In this document: positions 29,031-37,225 of the stretch, piece by piece
Position numbering within the stretch: position 1 is the first letter of the stretch
How the letters are laid out: each line of letters starts with the position of its first letter
Notes under the pieces: generated by a model
Seen by the model: only the letters and a program-made list of their open reading frames with translations
Database searches by the model: none
Told to the model about the DNA's origin: nothing
Position numbers and translations under genes: made by a program
NCBI GenBank assembly: GCA_046484135.1
Contig: JAWOBU010000007.1
Span: forward strand, 1 to 42,083
DNA: 42,083 nt
Source of the DNA: a bacterium
GTDB taxonomy: Bacteria; RBG-13-61-14; DATKZS01
Direction: 5' to 3'

Positions 29031-32000
29031 TTAAATTGAAGAGCGTTTCTTCCGTCTGGAGAAACGGATACCGAGAAAGAGGGCCACGGGCAAGGCCAGC
29101 AACAGCACCTGTACGGCCCCTTTGACCTTTTCGTGTTCGTTTATCCATTCCTCCGTTCCTATCGAACAGAACATATATACTCTGCCTCGGCGGTTAGCTA
29201 CGTTCATCCGGTCTTTATCTCTCATGTCCAGGGGCGAGGAGTATTCGGCGCCCGGCCTGTCACCTATGTTGGGAACAAACTCATTATAGAACATCTGGTA
29301 GGAAGGTTCTCCATGCTGGTCTTTTCCCGCCTTTACCACGGTCGGCGTTCCATGCCAGACACCTGGTTCCGTAAGAGCGCCCAAATCAAAATAGTCCACT
29401 GCGATGACCGGATTGAAGTCCCGAATTTGCTGCCAGTTTGTTCCGTTCAGGGACCGGGCAAGCCCTACGGTGAACTTGGATTTGATATCCCCTTCCGTCA
29501 CGTAGAGGCCGGTGTAAAACATGAGATACAGAGGGCTCTCGCCGTCCGGAGCCTCGGTTATCTCAATCTCCGGGCTGAAGGCCCCGTAATAGTTGGGATC
29601 GGGAACCAACCCCGGCAAGTCAATAGGCAGGTCAATAGGAAAGTCCAGGGAGCTTGCGCACTGTTTCCCCAGGTCCATGACCGGTTTGTTGCGGTAATTC
29701 CAGTCGGAGGGGTCTGCTCTCAGCTTCTTCATGTTGGAGACCGCCCGGCCGATCCGGGGCGCCAGCAGCACACCGTTATTGTTGTCTACGGCATTGGCGA
29801 AATCTTTATCCACCAGGTATTGATTGAACTTAAGGGTTTGGTAATCCCCTCCTCCGGGTTCGTAATCACTGCTTGTGGTATAGTTCCTTTTCCCCCAGAT
29901 CCTGTCCAATCCCGGTCTCTTGCATTCGCCTAAAGTCCCGAGGTCTCCTGCTCCCGGCCGGGTGGCATAAGGTGCCTGAAGATAGCCGAGCCCGGAGTAA
30001 TACAGCCATATCTCCCCGTCCACCACTTGGGCTTTCGGGCTCCATACGCTGTAGGCGTCAAAACCGGTCACGTCTCCGGGGTCGTAAAGCTGGGTGTCGT
30101 TCCACTGGGCCTCGGTGTTAGCCACGCCGTCGCCGGAAGCCACCACACAGGGCTGGTCCGGAGCTCCGGTGCCCATAAAAACTTCCAGCATGTCATCGCC
30201 CATCGCGTAACTGTTGGACACCCCGTCTTCACCCGTCATGATCTTGTAGATGCCCCGGTCATACTCCACTTTTTCATCTTTCAGGGGATAGGTCTGGAGC
30301 TCGTCGTCGGTGCCGCCGTCAATAACGGGAACGTGAGGAAGGCCCTGGTTGAACCCGATTTTTTGCCTGTCTGCGCCGGCTGTGCAGCTCTGGTTTATGC
30401 CGTTACTGCCGGTGGTCATGTGAAAGCCGCGATCTGCGGACCAGGAAACCTTGTCATCGAAACGGGCACCCATGTACCGATACAGTACGTAACGCGTCTC
30501 CTCCGTTTCACTGTAGCTGTCTCGATGAGTCTCCGCCACCAACCGGTGACAATCTTTGTCTACTTTGTCCTTGACCCTCTCGTAAAGCTGGAACAAGTCC
30601 TCGTCCTCGTCCACCACCTTCTTATCGTAGAGCCGGTAGCTCTGGAAGTAGCCGTTCTCGCCCGGGCAGAGGGCTATCTCGTTGTTTATTATGCAAAGCT
30701 CGTCGTCGTAAATGGAGTAAAGGTCTTTTTTAGGGAGATAATACCCGCCGGGCAATGGCTCCAAACCGTTGAGATAAAGAGTGTATAAAGAGATGAGCTT
30801 GCGGCTTCCGGTTGGTGTCATAGCACCGGTATATATGTCCATCTTCACTTCACCAGTCCCCGGGCATATGGCGGGTTTGCCGTCCAGGGTTTCGCAATAG
30901 TCATCTCCGCCAACATAAGCTTCGAAGTTCTCCACTATTCCGCCCTTTTCTTTTGCTTCATCCGCAATAGTGTAACTGTCAATGATGGAAGTATCCAAAA
31001 CCCCGTCCGGGCCGGGGCCTATGCCCACTATCAGGGCGTCGGGATCAGGTCCCCCTGTGTCCCTTACTATCTCCAGGCTGTCGTCCCCTTGCAGTGGAGT
31101 GTTGAAGTCCGTAACGTCAAACACGCCGTTATTGCCCACGCAGATGCCCACCGTAGAGCCCTGGTGGCAGAGGTAATCGTCTCCTTTCAGGTTCTTCTGG
31201 ACGGTATCGAGAGTGCCGTCTCCGCCGTGTACCACTGATACCGGTTCTTCTCCGGTGGCCGGATCAACGGGCACACCCATAGCGCACTTGTTAAAGTTAT
31301 CTCCCATCTCGTAAAAAGTGCACCTCTGTTCCTGGAAGTAACGGGGAGGAGTAGTGCTGCCGAAGAGAGTGGTGCCGCCGGGTAGAGTTTTAACCCAGTG
31401 GTCGTCACCCATGAGGAATCCTCCCTGGTTGGAGCCGGTATGGCCGGCTAACGGGGTTACCAGTGCTCCGCTGGAGTCAACCTGCACCGGATTGTCCGGG
31501 TTTCCCGGTCCGCTCCAATCGGGATAGTTCAAAACAGGAAACTTCGACTCACCCGGGATCACTGCCGGGTCGTAAACGGCGCCGCTAGTGTAGGGTGTTC
31601 TCGGAAGCGCTTCATAGGATATGTATCTCGGAGCGAAGTAAGTATTTATAATACCGTCCGCGCCGGTAGTTATGCAGTCGCCGCTGGAACAAAGCTCGTC
31701 CTTTAAAGCCTTGCTGTCCAGGTGGCCGTTGCCGCCGTAGCTTATGGCCACGGTGTCCGGGTAGGCGCGGGGGCTGGTCAGCCGTACCGCCACCTGAATG
31801 GTCCCGTCCATGACCGGCACCGTGTCTCCGTAGTTGGCGGCGCCGTCTCTCATCTCCGTTGCCGCCCAGCCGTCGCCGGGGGCCGGGCCGGTCTCGCAAA
31901 AGCCGAACCTGCCGGAAGATACCACCGGGGCCTCCGGGTCTCCGCCGCCTCTCTTCTTACGGGGAACCAGGGCGGGAGTGTCATTAATCAAGGGGGACAG

Positions 32001-33422
32001 GTCCCATGTCAGGCCCTTGGTACCGTCCTTGCTCTCCAGCATGTAGATGCGGTCGCCGTAACTGATGAACATGAGGAGGCTGCTGCGGTCCGGTGTCCGG
32101 ATAACGCTCGCCTCCGCTCCCATGATGCTGCCCACGTTGGTGGGGGTGCCGATGAAAAACTCCCCATCATCAATGGCGCTCTTGTCGTCCACCTCCTGGT
32201 ACTGCATGTTCCCGTCGTTGGCGCCGAAAGAAGAAGGCGATCCGCACGACTCCGTAACTCCGGCGTCTCCTTCATCGCCGGAGCCGGGGATACCGTCGCA
32301 GTCCGGGTAATTGTCTTCTATTTCAGTGGAAAGATCGTCAGGCTCGAATGTTTTTCCACCATCAAGCTCGGGGTTTCCGCTCCGGGCCGGCTGGATGTCC
32401 CCCCTGTAGATATACTTGTAATCCTCGCCAGCGGTGGGCGACTCCAGGATGAGCTTATAACGGTCTTCACTATCACCACTGCCGTTGCCCAGCAGGTCTT
32501 CCACCTTCAGGAAATAATACTCATCAGTCGCTGGCGCGTTCGGGATATGAAACGTAAGCCCCGGGTCTCGATACTTCCAGTAATCAACGCCCCGGCTGGA
32601 CACCAAAGGATTGCCGGCCGAGTCCTTGACAATATTGCCGTCGGGGTCGTACAGAGAAAGCTGGATGTCATGAATTTCGCCGGGCCGAGTACTCGTGATA
32701 GTGTTATCTCCACCCTCCAGGGCCTTGTATTGGACCTTGGCCCGGAACAGCATGTTGTCTTCGGGAACCTTTAAGACGAAGGTGTCAACGTCCCCGGCGT
32801 CATTAAACCTGCCGATATAATTAATGCTAGTTTCCCAATCCACATTGTCATACTTGGATCCGTCCCATGAACACTGACCCAACGGCCTCGGAGTGTCGGA
32901 GTGGCAAAATTGCGTGTCTCCCCCCTTGACCCCTACCTGGTCGCCTATTTCGTCACTGCTGCCCTCGCTTAGCGGCGAGACATAGTTTTTCTGGTCATTG
33001 GTATAAAAAAGCCTCAGGTCGCCGTCCAGCACAATTGCATCCGGATATCCCGCAGCAGTACGGCGCCCTTCTTCTTTATAAGGAAAAGTGAGAGATTCCT
33101 CATCCCCGTCATAGTATTTGTTGTAACTGGTATCATCCGGATCATCGCTGGGAAGATACTCCACGTCTCCCACTATGTAAGTGATGCGTTTTCCGTCAAA
33201 GTCCTTTATCTTTCCATCGCCCACCTTGTACTTAATGAACTTTCCAAAGTAGGTGTCCTCTACTCCCATGGGCTCACCCGGCTCCGGAGGGTCGTCCGCC
33301 TCCGGCAGGGCCCCCAGCCCGGGTATATAACAACCGGCAGTGGCGATAACCATAATAAGAAGGAACGCAAACAGGGAATGAGCCCCCGTCTTCTTGCTGT
33401 CCGACCGATTCACCATTTTCAT
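29031..33422 (-). CDS. Giant (~1460 aa) putative lipoprotein: split five-bladed GH43/32/130-like beta-propeller, PPC-like domain, Gly/Asp/Cys repeats, C-terminal TM anchor/sorting signal
   Basis: GGAGG RBS 8 nt before ATG 33422; signal peptide ending IATAG-C (lipobox-like); five blade motifs of the P-x-V-x(3-6)-[LM]-[FY]-Y type; repeated GxDGxxDT..GDD; C-terminus C-x15-hydrophobic helix-RRKKR. Confidence 0.75.
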   Translation of the reverse strand: MKMVNRSDSKKTGAHSLFAFLLIMVIATAGCYIPGLGALPEADDPPEPGEPMGVEDTYFGKFIKYKVGDGKIKDFDGKRITYIVGDVEYLPSDDPDDTSYNKYYDGDEESLTFPYKEEGRRTAAGYPDAIVLDGDLRLFYTNDQKNYVSPLSEGSSDEIGDQVGVKGGDTQFCHSDTPRPLGQCSWDGSKYDNVDWETSINYIGRFNDAGDVDTFVLKVPEDNMLFRAKVQYKALEGGDNTITSTRPGEIHDIQLSLYDPDGNIVKDSAGNPLVSSRGVDYWKYRDPGLTFHIPNAPATDEYYFLKVEDLLGNGSGDSEDRYKLILESPTAGEDYKYIYRGDIQPARSGNPELDGGKTFEPDDLSTEIEDNYPDCDGIPGSGDEGDAGVTESCGSPSSFGANDGNMQYQEVDDKSAIDDGEFFIGTPTNVGSIMGAEASVIRTPDRSSLLMFISYGDRIYMLESKDGTKGLTWDLSPLINDTPALVPRKKRGGGDPEAPVVSSGRFGFCETGPAPGDGWAATEMRDGAANYGDTVPVMDGTIQVAVRLTSPRAYPDTVAISYGGNGHLDSKALKDELCSSGDCITTGADGIINTYFAPRYISYEALPRTPYTSGAVYDPAVIPGESKFPVLNYPDWSGPGNPDNPVQVDSSGALVTPLAGHTGSNQGGFLMGDDHWVKTLPGGTTLFGSTTPPRYFQEQRCTFYEMGDNFNKCAMGVPVDPATGEEPVSVVHGGDGTLDTVQKNLKGDDYLCHQGSTVGICVGNNGVFDVTDFNTPLQGDDSLEIVRDTGGPDPDALIVGIGPGPDGVLDTSIIDSYTIADEAKEKGGIVENFEAYVGGDDYCETLDGKPAICPGTGEVKMDIYTGAMTPTGSRKLISLYTLYLNGLEPLPGGYYLPKKDLYSIYDDELCIINNEIALCPGENGYFQSYRLYDKKVVDEDEDLFQLYERVKDKVDKDCHRLVAETHRDSYSETEETRYVLYRYMGARFDDKVSWSADRGFHMTTGSNGINQSCTAGADRQKIGFNQGLPHVPVIDGGTDDELQTYPLKDEKVEYDRGIYKIMTGEDGVSNSYAMGDDMLEVFMGTGAPDQPCVVASGDGVANTEAQWNDTQLYDPGDVTGFDAYSVWSPKAQVVDGEIWLYYSGLGYLQAPYATRPGAGDLGTLGECKRPGLDRIWGKRNYTTSSDYEPGGGDYQTLKFNQYLVDKDFANAVDNNNGVLLAPRIGRAVSNMKKLRADPSDWNYRNKPVMDLGKQCASSLDFPIDLPIDLPGLVPDPNYYGAFSPEIEITEAPDGESPLYLMFYTGLYVTEGDIKSKFTVGLARSLNGTNWQQIRDFNPVIAVDYFDLGALTEPGVWHGTPTVVKAGKDQHGEPSYQMFYNEFVPNIGDRPGAEYSSPLDMRDKDRMNVANRRGRVYMFCSIGTEEWINEHEKVKGAVQVLLLALPVALFLGIRFSRRKKRSSI

Positions 33423-33464
33423 ATTCATCACCTCCAATGTTATCCCTCCCAAAGGCTGTGCAGA

Positions 33465-34883
33465 CTACTGCCACCAGGTAACCTGAAGACCATACTGGGA
33501 CAGGCTGCCCTCGGTCTGTACATAGTAGTTGTCCAAGGGAACGTTGCTGAACTTGTCCGGTTGTATGCTATAATCCCGGTCTTCCATGTCGGCCTGCTGG
33601 TAATGGAAATCCACCTGCACCCGGGGAGAAGAAAGGGGGTCTTTAACCTGGGCCGACTTCCTGGCAAAGGAGAGCCCCAGCCCGAAAGAGTAAAAGTCCG
33701 CGTCCGAGTCCACCATCCCCACCTGCCAGTCATGTTTAACATCCTCCGGCTGCGGAGAGTCCCAGTGGTAGTACCCTCCCCGCACGTAAAAGCGGGGGCT
33801 TTTGAGTTTGCCGAAGGTCAGCTTAGTAGCGTCTCCTTCATACTCGAGTCCGAACCGGTCTAACTCCACGTCCTCCAGGCCCGGGTCGCGAGGCTCGGCG
33901 TACTCGAACCAGTCCGAGGAGAAGGTATCATTGGCCTCCCACTGGTACTGGACCGACCGGGGATAAAAACCGCTCCAGTTCTGGACCTCGTGGGCATAGG
34001 CCAGGGTCAGCGTACCGTCGTTCCAGGGGATGGGAATATGACCGGCTCCCCCGTATACCGTGGTCTCCACCTGGCCCGGTATCTTCATGTCCATCAAGAT
34101 GTACTGGCTGTTGGGAAGGAGACTGCCGCCGCCTCCCACCAGCTCGACCCGGAGCTTATAACGGGACCAGACCTCCGGCTTGTAAAGGTAACCCAGGCTG
34201 ACGTAGTCGGTACGGAAGTTCACGTTGAACCCGTAGGTCATGTCGCTGTCCGGCTCTGAACCCACCGTAAAGTTATAGCTCTCCACGTTGGTCGGCATGG
34301 CGCCGGTGCTGATTCCGATAAGCGACTCAAGGATCGGGTCCACCACTACCGGGAAGTAACCCATCGAAACCAGGGAGTCGCGCTGGCCGCCGCTCAAACC
34401 GACTGAAAGCCAGTCCGTGATCCGGACCCCGAAGCCGAAATTCAAAAGCAGCGGCATGTTGTCCTTGTACATCGCCCAGCTCCAGTTGGGCGCTCCGCCG
34501 CCGCTCAAAGACCCGAAGTCAAGAGACAACCCCGCCGAGCTCGGGCTCATCCCCACCAGCAAGCCGAGTCCCAGCCGGTCCCGCAGAAAACGGCGACTGA
34601 ACCCGAAACGTACTCCCGTACCTCCCGGCATGTTGTTCTCGTCGTTGAGCATCATCTCCGCGCTTATGGAAGAGTACTCCACCGACCAACTGTCCGGAGA
34701 CAACGCAAGCGAGGAAGGATTGTAATAGGTGGACTCCGACCCCGAAGCTATGCTCACCATGGCTCCCCCCATTGCGGTGCCCCGGGATGACGCGCCCAGC
34801 ATCTCCATGGTTCCCGCCATGACTGAACCGGAAAAAGAAAGGAGTCCGGTCACAGCAATCGCCGCAATCAGTTTGTTTCTCAT
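33465..34883 (-). CDS. FadL/OmpP1/TodX-family outer-membrane beta-barrel
   Basis: Signal peptide ..SVMA; hatch motif GASSRGTAMGGA...STYYNPSSLA; amphipathic strands; RGGYY; C-terminal beta-signal-like YGLQVTWWQ; GGAGGGG RBS. Confidence 0.8.
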   Translation of the reverse strand: MRNKLIAAIAVTGLLSFSGSVMAGTMEMLGASSRGTAMGGAMVSIASGSESTYYNPSSLALSPDSWSVEYSSISAEMMLNDENNMPGGTGVRFGFSRRFLRDRLGLGLLVGMSPSSAGLSLDFGSLSGGGAPNWSWAMYKDNMPLLLNFGFGVRITDWLSVGLSGGQRDSLVSMGYFPVVVDPILESLIGISTGAMPTNVESYNFTVGSEPDSDMTYGFNVNFRTDYVSLGYLYKPEVWSRYKLRVELVGGGGSLLPNSQYILMDMKIPGQVETTVYGGAGHIPIPWNDGTLTLAYAHEVQNWSGFYPRSVQYQWEANDTFSSDWFEYAEPRDPGLEDVELDRFGLEYEGDATKLTFGKLKSPRFYVRGGYYHWDSPQPEDVKHDWQVGMVDSDADFYSFGLGLSFARKSAQVKDPLSSPRVQVDFHYQQADMEDRDYSIQPDKFSNVPLDNYYVQTEGSLSQYGLQVTWWQ

Positions 34884-35083
34884 AAACCCCTCCGTCAATA
34901 TAAATAATCTTTACAAATAACCCGCCAAATTTACGCTCGCAAAATCTGCGCTTCTTATGGAGACACATACTTTTTAAAAAATTTCAGCCCGCTTGTCAAG
35001 TAAGAAGGGTAAAATCATGGTTCCTTGAAAATGCAACATCTAAAACACCACTCCTTATTCGTTCTAAACAAAAAATCAGGTTA

Positions 35084-35112
35084 ACTATAACCTGTCCGCT
35101 TTTAAACGTCAA
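35084..35112 (-). promoter_or_regulatory. Sigma70 promoter for the FadL-lipoprotein operon
   Basis: On the minus strand: TTGACG, 17 bp spacer, TATAGT. Confidence 0.55.
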
Positions 35113-35181
35113 GTGTTTTTTTAAGCCTTGCTTCAAATCCTCAGAACCCACTATCCATTATGGAAACCGACCTTGGACTTT

Positions 35182-35211
35182 TTGCGTAAAACCGAGCTTG
35201 CGACTTATAAT
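35182..35211 (+). promoter_or_regulatory. Sigma70 promoter for the G1PDH-like cluster (divergent)
   Basis: TTGCGT, 18 bp spacer, TATAAT. Confidence 0.5.
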
Positions 35212-35268
35212 GTCTAATCGCCTTGCGGACCCAACGCTTAAAATAAAAAGTAAAGGGAAAAGCTTCTG

Positions 35269-36303
35269 ATGTCTGCCGACATGATAGAGCCGGAGCTTTT
35301 GCAAAGGGCCATGCACCCCAAGCTCGTCTTCGGCAGGAAAGTGATTGCCGAACACAGCCGGGAGTGGATGAACGCCCTTTTAATAACCATGCCGGAAGTA
35401 TACGAACACGCCCGGCCCCTGCTTGCCGCGGAGCCCGGCCACCTTCATTTCGTGGAGAGCATGGACGGGGAGACAGTGGAGCACGCCCAGGCCGAGCTTC
35501 CGGAAGCAGACACCGTGGTCGGCATAGGCGGAGGCATGGCCCTTGACATGGCCAAGTACGTGGCCTACAAACGGGAGCGGCAACCGGTCCTGGCGCCTTC
35601 CATCGCATCGGTGGACGCGTGCGTTACCAATACCGTGGCTATAAGGGACCAAGGACGTGTACGGTACGTGGGGTTCGTGGTTCCCGAAGCGGTGCTGGCG
35701 GACTTCAGCCTCATGCAGAAAGCCCACCCCCGACTCAACCGCGCCGGTATCGGCGATATCCTGAGCATCCACACCGGCTCTTTCGACTGGAAGCTCGCGG
35801 CCTCCCGAGGCAAGGACGACTACGATGAAAAAACCGCGACAAGCGCAGACTACCTGGTGGAGAACCTCGAGTCCAGGACCGAAGAAATAAGAAAGGTCTC
35901 CGACCACGCCCTCAAATGGCTGATCGAGGCTTACGCCGAGGAGAACCGGCTGTGCCTGGAGGTCGGCCATTCCCGGCCCGAGGAAGGCTCCGAGCACTAC
36001 TTCTGCTATAACCTCGAGTACCGGACCGGCCGGGGGTTTGTCCACGGCGAGCTGGTCTGCCTGGGCGTTCATATCATGTCGCGGCTCCAGGAAAACGATC
36101 CCGGCCGGGTAGACCGTATCCTGGAACAGGCCGGCGTGAACTTCCACCCCCGGCAACTGGGCATAAGCCGGCAGGAGATCTTTCAAGCCCTTCGCACTCT
36201 TCCCGACTACGTAAACAGCGAAGGTCTGCCCTACTCCATCATAAATGACCGAGGTCTGGAAGAGCACGTCATAAACGAAATCACCCGCGACCTGGAGTTT
36301 TAA
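35269..36303 (+). CDS. sn-glycerol-1-phosphate dehydrogenase-like protein (EgsA/AraM; DHQS/Fe-ADH superfamily)
   Basis: GIGGGMALDMAKY, PSIASVDA, RAGIGDILS, SRPEEGSEH, HGELVCLG; the Asp/His/His metal ligands are present. Confidence 0.8.
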   Translation: MSADMIEPELLQRAMHPKLVFGRKVIAEHSREWMNALLITMPEVYEHARPLLAAEPGHLHFVESMDGETVEHAQAELPEADTVVGIGGGMALDMAKYVAYKRERQPVLAPSIASVDACVTNTVAIRDQGRVRYVGFVVPEAVLADFSLMQKAHPRLNRAGIGDILSIHTGSFDWKLAASRGKDDYDEKTATSADYLVENLESRTEEIRKVSDHALKWLIEAYAEENRLCLEVGHSRPEEGSEHYFCYNLEYRTGRGFVHGELVCLGVHIMSRLQENDPGRVDRILEQAGVNFHPRQLGISRQEIFQALRTLPDYVNSEGLPYSIINDRGLEEHVINEITRDLEF

Positions 36304-36348
36304 GCTTAAACTGTTGTGCTTTAAGTTTACACCGAAAAGGAGGATTTC

Positions 36349-37203
36349 ATGCACACCGCCCTGATGATAAGCCCGCACGCGGACGATGCCGCGGCCTTTT
36401 GCGGAGGGACCCTGGCAAAGCTGTCCGACCAGGGATGGAAGGTGGTCATGGTCCGGGTAACCGACGACTGCAAGGACTCGGTGGGACTTGACATGGAAGA
36501 AGCAAAAAAACGAAATGCTGAAGAGCTCCGGCAGGCCGCGGACATCCTCGGTATCTCCGAGATCGTGGAGCTGGGGTATGAGACCGACTGCCTGGCGGAC
36601 GTGTCTCTAACCGCACTGCGCGAGCGCATAGTCTATATGTTCCGCAAGTACCGGCCCTACGCGGTGTTCACCTTCGACTCCTACGGCCTGTGGGAGGACA
36701 ACATGGACCACGTCCGGGTGGCGCAAGCAGCGGAAGAGGCCTTCTGGGTATCTGCCTTCGACCTTCACCACCCCGAGCATTTTGAGGAAGGTCTCGAGCC
36801 TTTCTGCGTGTGCGAGAAATGGAGGTTCGCCCGCCAGCTTCCCCGCACCACCTATGTAGAGGACGTCACCGATTACATGGACAAGAAGATAGCCGCGTTC
36901 GCCGCCCATAAAACCATGGTGAAGAACATGCTGAACCGCTACGTCCTTCAGCTCAAGACTTGGGGCCGCCGGGTGCCTCTACTCGAGCAATCCATGGAAG
37001 ACCCGCGCGGCCTTCTGGACGCCTTCCTGAGAGAACAGGCCAAAGAGACGGCAAAGCACTACGGGCTCGGCGAAGACCGGCTGGCCGAGCCTTTCCGGCT
37101 CGAGCGCTTCGGCGACCTCGAAGGCATGTTCCAGATGTTCAGCGAGCCCATCGCCGGCGCAGAGGAGCCTCCCCGCCGCAAGGGCCTCGAGCCGGAAGAA
37201 TGA
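36349..37203 (+). CDS. PIG-L/LmbE family de-N-acetylase
   Basis: ISPHADDAAAFCGGTL, ELRQAADILG, FRKYRPYAVFTFD, DH motif, VEDVTDYMDKKIAAFAAHKT. Confidence 0.88.
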   Translation: MHTALMISPHADDAAAFCGGTLAKLSDQGWKVVMVRVTDDCKDSVGLDMEEAKKRNAEELRQAADILGISEIVELGYETDCLADVSLTALRERIVYMFRKYRPYAVFTFDSYGLWEDNMDHVRVAQAAEEAFWVSAFDLHHPEHFEEGLEPFCVCEKWRFARQLPRTTYVEDVTDYMDKKIAAFAAHKTMVKNMLNRYVLQLKTWGRRVPLLEQSMEDPRGLLDAFLREQAKETAKHYGLGEDRLAEPFRLERFGDLEGMFQMFSEPIAGAEEPPRRKGLEPEE

Positions 37204-37225
37204 TCCCTTTCCAGGAGTTAATGAC

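Noticed and set aside
29133..32774. Several 250-350 aa plus-strand ORFs opposite the giant lipoprotein
   Set aside because: They are antisense shadows; the minus-strand frame has the RBS, signal peptide and coherent motifs.
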